Assembly: GCA_003344405.1 (NCBI GenBank) | Contig: NOWV01000016.1 | Location: forward strand, 558,001-622,000 | Direction of reading: 5' to 3' | Length of the DNA stretch: 64,000 nucleotides | Origin: Trichoplax sp. H2 | Taxonomy: Eukaryota | In this document: one piece after another, positions 53,864 to 64,000 of the stretch | How positions within the stretch are numbered: the stretch's first letter is position 1 | Layout of the letters: every line of letters starts with the position of its first letter | Translations under genes and position numbers: made by a program | Notes under the pieces: model-generated | What the model was told of the DNA's origin: nothing | The model's input: the letters and a program-made list of their open reading frames with translations, nothing else | Database searches by the model: none

Positions 53864-56800
53864 TTATTCATTAGAGTCGAGATTCCTTAACGAATTTAAG
53901 AATAGTTCCGGCGTCAGCAAATGAGTTGAACCTGTATATAAATAAATAAGGTATAATGAGAATGATAAGTAATTTTTGCTAAAATTAGAAAGATCAACAT
54001 CTCTAACGGCTTAAGCACTTTATAAATCAGGAACATACCAATGATCACTTCCCAATCCTTTTTAGCTTTGCTAACTTCATAAGCAGCTCTCATCTCTGAA
54101 TAACTCATTCCACCAATAACAAAGATAATCAATCGCGGACCAGTTCTATTCTCCGCGCTTTTATCCTTTCCCCAACCATATTTTTTAGGACGGGCACTAC
54201 ATTAAGATCATAAGTACGCATGTTAATAAGGAGTTACAATAACAGTCTTTTGAGGTAAAAATAATTGACGTTAAGGCCACTCTCAGGAATTAAGTTTCAC
54301 CTTCTAACTGATGGCATACCTAGGACATAAGTTAAGAATGACTTTAAATAAAATTGCATAGTAATATACTAAAGTACTATACTTAGAGCGATATTTAATT
54401 GCAATGAGATAGCGATACATACCAACTCCAGTACTTTGCTGCCCCGATATGAAAGGAAATGCCTTCGTGTCTAATTTATCATCAATCGCATCCTAAAGCA
54501 AGCAAGGCAACAAACCACATAGAATATTAAATCAATTCTAAATATCTTATTCATGATAAGCAGCTTGTAATAACTACACAGACAGGCGCGAGAGCCAAAT
54601 TAACCTGCATAACATCTGTTATTAGTGGTATCCAGCGCGAACTTTGATAAGTAACTTGGCCAGAACGATCACGTCGCTCAATTTTCGATCTTCTAGAACG
54701 ATCTTTGTCCTATCAATAATAACTAAGTTTAGAAAAGACACCATCTACTATTTTACTATCAGCTACTGTAAAGATAAGTAAAATAATACAATCATACATC
54801 GATTTTTACTCCGAGACGGCTCATTTTCGTTATGATTTCACTACAAAGTATAGAATATTAGTTAAGATATTAAAGATAACATGCTATCTAGCAAAACTAA
54901 TCAAGAAATATTTTACCGATCAACAGTTGGAATATTTGCGTGCTTAATTAATTTTTCTCGATTCTCCTCCGATTGACCTAAACGATTAAATAGTAAAATT
55001 TAAATATACTGTTAATGTCTACATAGAATGTCAATTGTACTCAAAATTTGCAAATTGGATGGACGACTAACCATTTTTAGCAAAGGTCAGCAGCAAAATA
55101 ACCCTTATTTTGTCCAATGGGCTAAAAATGGCATAGATGATCAGAAAATGGTGCTTCAACTTAATATAAAATTTCTTTTATTACCTAACATCTTGATCAA
55201 GCATAATAGGTACTATATTCTTCATAGGATCTTTTACTCTTTCTCCGTCAGCGTCAGTACCAGTGGCTAAATCCTTTATTTTAAAATTGTAGTAAAAACA
55301 ATTTTCCTAATGAATATAACTGCATACGAGTATATCAAAATCCAAACGCATGACTTAAATACTTACTTGTTCAACTCTAACTAGTTTATCGATTTTTTCC
55401 TTAAAACGTTTCATACAGTCTTCAGCCAGATGCAAATAGAGGGAGTACTGTATAAAAGGGGTTTATAAGTAAAATTTTTAAGAAATTATTTTTTTAATCT
55501 ACAGTTCATTGCATGGCAAAACGATAGCATCGACATACTCTACTTAATTCCTTTTGATACTGTGGCATCTTTTTCAACATCTGTGATAAATCTCTCATAG
55601 AAGCCTGACGAAAGGTATAAAATCTTTATTACGATGATATACTTGACATAATATCATAAATAAAAATTACTTACCCTATCTTTACCAGCCATCCTCTTGG
55701 TATCAGCAAACTTTTTAAGCTCTGTCGTTACATTTCTATGGGCATAAAGTACAACATTTTAAAGTATGCAAATTTAACATTTTTGCTAGTTTAGCACTAC
55801 TACTACGAAATTTTATCTACCATAGAATATAATGCAATGTATAAAAAACTAGCTACGTACTGTGAAACAACGGCAATGTGTTCATGGCGAAGTTTAACCC
55901 ATAATTCATTGCTTTCTGTAAGTGAAAATTAACACAAATTATAGCATAAATAAAATCTGATTCCTGATCAACATAAAGCTAGTAGTATTACCGTCAAGAA
56001 GAGCCTTTTTTTCCATTTCGGTTTGTGCCGGACCGGAGTTTGTTGCGTATCTAAAAAAATATCGACCCTTCATTAGACTGTATGAGCAAAGATCATAATA
56101 ATAATACGTATAATAATGTACAACCTATAAACATCATTTTCGATTGGGAGAAGATCGTAAGCCATCGCCTGTAATGCATAAAAGTAAAGTTACAGTACTC
56201 CTGAAGCAACATTCTATTTTATGCTTGTCGATAAAATACCTTATAAAATAAAGTAAATTGTCAATAAACTAGCAATGCACACTTACCTGAAAGTAGCATT
56301 CATGGAGGATTGGCGATACTGGATCAAATCCCCTATTTAACAAATAATAATAACACAATAAATTGAATATTGAATATAGGCTTTCTTATGCATTACCAGT
56401 CTAACCTGTCAAGGATTACCAGCTGTGATTTCAACTTTTCAGGAGTCTATTATTTAAATGAAAGGCGATATTATATACCCAAATACCAGATATACAACGA
56501 CAGCTAAACTACAACTACCTATACAAGCTACTATATCGTTCGACGTTTAAAACAATTGTTTTATTATGATTTCAATTTGATAAAAAAATACGACTAATAC
56601 ACAAAATAATTATTACATCGCCCATTGATGGATCATCAGCTTTATAAGCGTCTAATTTGCCTTGAAACATCTGAGTAAATTCCGCGACAGATTCGTGGTC
56701 CCTGAAATAGTTCAATTCAAAATATTATGTCCTCTATAACGATTTCATTAAAGTATATGAAACGATCTTAAACTTCAGTATCACAAACTATAATGCATTT

Positions 56801-59800
56801 CAATCCACTGATTGCTATTTAGTCACAATTAGTATTACTTACCTATTATATCTAACTATGGGATACTCTCCAAGGGTAGCACACAAAGTTGCTAGTTGCT
56901 CTGCCATTCTCTTTAGTTATACAAAAATAAAAAAAATGTTACTATGAAGTAGCCCAATTAAAGAGCAAGCTTTAAAAAGGAAATTTTACAGTACAAATAA
57001 TGAAAACGATCACTTTAAAACATTCAGCAATTTTCTTCTACTGTACTTACCTCCATGCATTTCGTTCGTGATTGAGCAATACTACCGTAAAAATTCGGTA
57101 AAATATCCGGATAGTCCAGACTGAAAACCTATTTAGTAGAGTAATTATCGGTAAATACAAATAAAGTAATGTTCAATAATCATATAATCGATAAATAGTA
57201 ACTTATTAGCTCAGCAATACTATTGCCTACTTGCGATTCAATAGGTAAAAATGATATATTGATTTCTTTCAAAGTCTTCACATCTAACCAACAAATTCAT
57301 GAAACGAAAATACATTAATGTTACATATTTTGAGATATATAATATATGGATATTCTATCTTGCGCATAACAGTAACACATGAGAATATAGCCCTAACAGT
57401 GCCATCTAGTTATAATCATGATATCCATAATTATTTGTTTACTGTCACTCTAGATTTATGCTTTTCAATATCCTTTTAATCTCTACTATTTAGATTGTTT
57501 ATCTTTTCCAGCTTGGCTTACATTTTGCCGCAGGTGACTTGGAAAATTTTTGAAATAATTCATCTGGACACGCTATTTAATCCAAAAAGTAATAATATTA
57601 GTGATTAACGTTATTACAAGAAACAACGTCAATTATTGCACAAAATTTTAAAAATGACTGTAATTGCTTATACAGTAGAATACTTTATGATCAAATCATG
57701 AGATGAAATAACATACGCTTAAACGATGCTAAGAATAGCTCTTACGAGCATAGCCAATAGGGATAATCTTACCCTCAGTATAAAAAACGTGAGCACACTT
57801 ATAATGAGGTTTGCTTGATTCGCTGAAATCCGCGATGATTTTATCGATAGACTACAAGTTAAGAAGTAATGTTATGACTATTTGAGAGAGATATTAAAAA
57901 TTATACGACATAATTAAAAATACTTTAGAATTGAAAGTTATACTAAAATTAATAATGTTTAGCCTTCATAATTATTTTCGCACTATCATTACACTGAAAT
58001 CAATAAAGTATAGTATAGTTTTGATCGAATACAAACAATAGCTCAATTTAGTACTTAGTAATGAAAATATAGCATATTGAACTTTTCGAAATAGAGAGCA
58101 AAAAAACGCCTTTAAAGTAGCACTACAAGAAACAAATACTACTTAATTATGTCAAGAATCGTGATCGTGATATCAACTATGACAATTATTATTACTGACT
58201 GCCTTCAGCTAGTCAGTTCGGACATAGTTTTGACTATATTGTACAAGAACGCAAAAAATATGCAAAACGCTATTGTCGCCTAACTTTATAACATAAAAAC
58301 ATGACGTTAAACAGAAGCAAAGGCAATAGTACACATTGTGATTACGTTACCATAAGTGTAAATTATTCGTTTTAGAAGGACAAATATTCCATTATTTCTT
58401 ATTATATATACACGTAAGATAATAACCATCATTTACAAATGTATTACTGTAATGTAATTACTTTAAATTACTGTAAAGTATGTATTGTAGTCATCTAATA
58501 TTCGTATGTTATAAGAAATTGTATATTGAAAATCTTCTAGTTAATATATTGTAGGTCAACGAACATTCTTTAAAAGCTCGTTAAAATCTATGTTATTGCC
58601 TGTGTTGAATTACTAGGTCTCGTAGTAAGTTAAGGTCTATTCAATTTATGATGATACAATCATCGTCAGTTTGATATAAACAACAGTTATGAATAGATTA
58701 TACAAGGATTTGCATCGCTGTGGAGTAGTTTAAATATTATTTGCAATACGTCATATTGGATTAATATCTATATATATATGTGTTTACCTCTTCTGTTGGT
58801 GTAATTAAATAGATAGATTCCATCTTTGATAACGGTTGACGAACTCTAGATAAGTTTTCCACCACTAGTATTTTGCACAGTGAGGTATTAGAAACAAACA
58901 ATTAGTAAAAATTTCTAGCATTGGCTAGAGATTCTGACAATATACTGTACTTACAATGATATTACAGCTTAAAATATTAATAGTGTACTATACTGTATAT
59001 TGCTATCATTGTTACATATCTCACAGAACACGGCAGTTTAATGTCATTTAGCATACGCGTATAGTAAACTTGACTGTAACGTATGAAGATATTATGAGAG
59101 ATCAATATCATGGTATTGCAGACTATTGGGAAACAATTAGTTCTATAAAGCGATAATGTGGCTGAAATAAATATAAAAAAAACTAAACTAAAAAATAATT
59201 TAAAGAAAAGTAAATCTTTAACATCTTCTGATTATACAATAATATTACATTTTAATGGAAGTTACCTAGGTACACACGTATATGTCTCTTAACCGATTGT
59301 AAAATTAATATTTTACCTCAAGATACGCATAATTATTACCACTACTATACAATGTACGATAAGAAATATTTTACCAGTTATGCCTTCATTGACTAATTCG
59401 TGCATTTTACAACAAGCTGACAAGATTCGAGTGCCAAGATGATCAACTATTAAGACCTACGATAGAAAATCGTGATGTGAACGGATTAATTATAGTCAAT
59501 GTTATCATTTTTATAGTGGCACTGTATTAATAAGACAATCCTCATTTTTTGATCGAAAAAGACAATGTCGTTGACAATAGTAATATCAACTATTTCAAAA
59601 TTATCAGGCTATTACAAAAAATTTGTGAAGAAAGACAATGATATAAAATGGCATTTGGCACTGTTGTATTTTATAATGTTATCCACGTATCGAAGATATG
59701 AAATAGCTTTCTATCATCATTCATCTCAATAAATAAGAAAATAGAGGTCATATCTATGTATACAGTGTGACGTGCAAAACAGTGAATACGTACATAGTAA

Positions 59801-61600
59801 TAGTCCTACTCATGGAGGAAGTGATGATAATAATAAAAATGATATACTGTACTTTTACTGTTAATTACGGAGACTTTTTAACTTTCATTTTTGAAATGGT
59901 GCTATCGGAACGGTGTGTCAGAAGAACTGTACTGTATACGCGTACTTTATCTAAATTATTGTGGATCTTCTTAATCTATTATTATTTTAGTCTACTGTAC
60001 CATTTTATGAATTGGATATTAGTCCAACAACGATATGAGTGTACAAATTTAACGTATAAACATTGGCAGTTTGATGTCTTTATGATGGTTACTGTATAAT
60101 CATCGTAATAGAAATCAATTATAATTATTCTATCATTTATAGACTGTCTTCCAAATAAGATGTAAGAGGATCGTTTAATCCGATGGATAATTAACATTTT
60201 GCATGTTGCCTATCCAACATAATGATTGAAGTATACTATATTACAATACGTTAAACTATGATCGAGTTGGGTATAAAGTCTGCAATTTCTACTACTTTCC
60301 TCAATATGTGCGAGGAAGTTGAGCAATATGATCATTCACGATTTCATTTTACACTTACAGTATTGTAGAAGTACAAGACTGTAATATCTCACTTGGACAA
60401 TAGTGCTTATACAATATACAGTACTGTACTGTAGTATATAACTGTACTGGGTGATCAGAGAGTGTGATCGAAAGGTGGAAATTGGCAATCAGTCACAGAT
60501 TCGTTACGATATCTTTTTACAGTACAGTATAGTAGTTTAGAAGAAAAAAAGAAATAGAAATAACAGATTAAAAATTACTAATTACAGCTATTATTAAGAA
60601 AAATCGATATACACTACTAGCGATGGTTCGAGTGTTGAAAGGCAGCGAATGAAATCTTGATATCCAATATATAGCATCCAAGTTCGAAAATCAATATTGA
60701 TACCTTAATGTCAACTTGTAAAAAAGTACGTGTATGGTACAAAAATGTCCATGAAAGTAAGACTATAGTAGTAAAGGAACATTTGCAATTGCAACATCTT
60801 GTGTACTCATTATTTCACTTTTCCATTCTCATATCCAAGTGCAAGGAATATGAGATCCATTCTTCATCTCTTTAACCCTGCGGATTTAATATGATCCCTC
60901 ATCATCATACAGTCATTACCCCCAAAAAGGCGAGTCATAAGTTATCGTCAGCCCTTCTCCATTTGACTATCTATCAATACAAAATGGCCGATCAAGGAAA
61001 AGGTCATAGCAGCTTATTCTACTGTCTAGAGAGAGGGGGTTATACGTTGTTGGTTATTTTCATCTTCGTTACGTAAAAGATGGTTTAAATGATGAGTAAA
61101 GAGTGTTGATTATGGCTTTGATTGGTGACTAAGCTGTAGTCCATACCGTCGACAAACTATTTACAGTATACTGTTTAATGCGGCCACCATAGACTGTACT
61201 GTACAGTATGAAGACATACAGTATTTGATCAACGATAGTTATCTTAGTAGGCGACGTTCCATTTTGGGGGATTACATTCTACGTTTCCAATTTATCATGG
61301 CATCATTTGTATTGCTAAGGTTTTTCTTACCTTCCATTCTCGAGGTTTCTTTAATGGACGCAAAACGTCTTCAATAATTCCTAAAATCATGGATAACGGG
61401 CGTGTCCGCCAAGAATACAAATATTCACAATTTAGTGACGAATCCTATCGGTCGCCAGTGAATGGCGAATGATATCATTTCAAGTCGTTGTGCACTGCTG
61501 CAAGTTAACTTGTACCCGTAGCAGCTGCATTTATTTTTTATCTGTGTCCATTGGTAATAGAGTTAGACTTACTTTGCCAAACGATTTCTTTCAAGCCCAT
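53864..61600 (-). CDS. STXBP1: Syntaxin-binding protein 1 / Munc18 (Sec1 family)
   Basis: First coding exon 61600-61573 encodes MGLKEIVWQ; the next encodes [16 protein letters not shown]. Further motifs [75 protein letters not shown] and GSTHLLTP...NE*. Confidence 0.96.
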
Positions 61601-61964
61601 CCTGTAATCACAGTATGGCAATTTTTGAATAGAATAGCAACCAAAGGGAAACGACTCCTGTCAATGATGTCAACAAGAGTGCAAGTCGGGACTGATTCTA
61701 GCTCTTTCTTCCTTCACTGCAAGTGAATCTGGGTCGAGACTACGCGTATTTATCACAGTCCAATAGCGCCAATGAATGAATTGCAATCCGCTTTTGGTAT
61801 TGAACAAGTATACACTCAATTGCTGTTCAGCTTTTTCGATCACACTCTTTCGTCTTCAACAGCATCGATGGATGTTAGTTACTTTGAAAGGTAAAATTCA
61901 TTGGGGATTGTGCTAGTTGTTTTTTTTTTCTCCTTGATTTGGACAAAGGTTCAAGTCACACGAT

Positions 61965-62402
61965 TTTACAGTACTGTACCTACGCTACTTACTATAGGGT
62001 ACCATACAGTCCTACAGTCCAGTACTGTCCTGAGTACTGTACAGGTCTTGCCAGTACAGTACTGTAGTTGGACGGACGATCCAAGTGGGTACGTACCAGT
62101 GTGTCACTGTACACTGGTGTCAACGTCCAGATACCATCAACTCTTGCAATTCCTTGATTTGCGAATGCGCACAGTAAAACTATGCACGCTACAGTACGCA
62201 GTACTGTACTCAGTCCGTGACAATACTGTGCTTTATTACTGCATTCCCATGGGGAAAAAGACTAGAGTCCAGTTAAGACCAGTGTCACTCCCTTCTCCGA
62301 CTGTACATTACAGTACTGTACAGTACTATACAGTACTGTACTGTACTGTACTGTACTGTAGATAATTCCGCTGTAGCAGGCATGACTAAAGTACAGTACT
62401 GT
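61965..62402. repeat. (ACTGT)n/(ACAGT)n pentamer-rich tract upstream of STXBP1
   Basis: For example CAGTACTGTACTGTACTGTACTGTACTGTA at 62331-62360, plus many dispersed units. Confidence 0.85.
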
Positions 62403-62637
62403 AAAATCATCAAATCAAATTACGTAGTCTTTTGGGGGATAGACTTGCCCTACAGGATGCGCAGCTTCTGGTCTAAGCAGATCGTCACTGGACAACTGCG
62501 AGAACCAAAGCAGGCATGACTAAAGTACTGTAACATCGTCAAATCAAATTACGTAGTCTTTTGGGGGGATAGACTTGCCCTACAGGATGCGCAGCTTCTG
62601 GTCTAAGCAGATCGTCACTGGACAACTGCGAGAACCA
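62375..62637. repeat. Direct tandem duplication, about 130-bp unit
   Basis: AGCAGGCATGACTAAAGTAC...GGACAACTGCGAGAACCA occurs at 62375-62507 and 62509-62637. Confidence 0.95.
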
Positions 62638-64000
62638 TCAGCACCAACTACAAGGAGTTCGTGGTTGTAAATTGTCACCCAGTGATCGATCGGAGTGAAA
62701 CGTCACTCACGACTCCGAGTGACGTCCAGTATAATACGATGGAGGGCGTGTACGAATACGACTCCAATTTGCGCTTTCGTCATGTCCGTTATCCGCTACC
62801 ACAGAATCCAATTTGCCTTTCTAACCATCGAATAGTATCTACCTGCTTGTTGTCATCGCGATGAGAAGAACAGTTGTATGATCAAACAGGTTTAATCGTT
62901 GAACTAGAATGGACAGAACTTGCGGCACCAGGAGACACTTTGCTGCCAGCAATGAGTAGTACTAAGTAGTACCGTGTGTATTGACTCGATAGTATCGTGA
63001 GAGTAGATTGATCGAATCATGGTAGTATATCACAACTAGACTTGATATTCTCATGGTAATAATAATGCACAAAAATAGGATAGTGGTTGATACATCTACA
63101 CTGGACAACACTGTGCAAATCGCCGACATGTATAATATCATCAGTATGGGCTAGCCCTAACCTTTGGTAATGGAGTAGAACAGCCTAGGTCAAAACTGCA
63201 TTGTCAAAAGAATACTGCCAATTATTTTAATTATCCAACTTATCGTCATATCATAGATATCGATCAACTATAGAATCATCAATACGTAAATGAGCTGAAA
63301 TGACTTGTTCAGAAAAGATTCCCATCAGCCGTATAGATCACGGTAGAGCATATTTAAACACAATTTAGCACAGAAAGATTGATACTGATATTTTCATTGC
63401 ATTGTCGTTAGAAAATGGACTACGTTATAAAGTTAAGAGAGCTTTTTTTATTATTGAAACGCTATCAATGGGTGATTAATAACTAACACACCATCATTTT
63501 CTCCTACATTTCCTATGTGTACAGCATAACATAATATACAGTAGACGTAAACAATCGTGTTAAGTAGATAACAGATATTCTAGAATAGCATCATTAAATT
63601 TCGGTCAAATTGCAATTTACATACAGTATATTCTACGGAGAATCACATAGCATCGCACACCAACATGAATCCTGTTCAGTTTTTCTATTATACTGTACGA
63701 GTATTATTGATTCCAGGCGATTTCAACTTAAACTAGAAAGAATGAATCTTTGTAGTCGACATTAACAATATTACGCTGTTTCATGAATGAATAGGCTTGG
63801 CAAATACAGTGCAGGACATGTTTTTTTACATACATTGCAAAAGCCTGTTCATTTAGATACACTGTTACAGTATAAAATGTAAGCATATTATAAAATAATA
63901 ACATACGACTATTACATTACATATTATGACAATTTTTTCTCCCCACTTTCAATCAATGTTAAATTGTTATCTTTCTTTTGGCTTTATATCCAATGATAAT

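Noticed and set aside
61901-62365. 154-aa ORF
   Set aside because: A translation of the ACAGT/ACTGT repeat tract (TVLYC-type repeats) with a non-ATG start.
62455-62507. Possible hammerhead-like fold in the 130-bp repeat
   Set aside because: It lacks the exact CUGANGA and GAAA core on either strand.

Overview
AT-rich, gene-dense eukaryotic (animal) DNA with short introns. The gene content and style suggest an early-branching metazoan such as a placozoan (inference). From 17 kb onward it holds recognisable spliced genes: a tail-to-tail duplicated pair of carnitine/choline O-acyltransferases, a TPR+CHAT (TTC28-like) gene, dynamin, folliculin, ARPC5 (with a U12 AT-AC intron) and STXBP1/Munc18. 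There is also a decayed transposase remnant at an assembly gap. The main discovery is in the apparently empty first 13 kb, which the ORF track does not resolve. On the minus strand a signal-peptide exon is followed by about 44 frame-preserving micro-exons: 23 of exactly 12 nt, a few of 6-24 nt, then at least 16 consecutive 3-nt exons, all with AG/GT splice sites in phase 2. Spliced in order they give one stop-free ORF of about 158 aa that runs off the window edge. This micro-exon gene was reconstructed by eye from splice signals and needs transcript confirmation.
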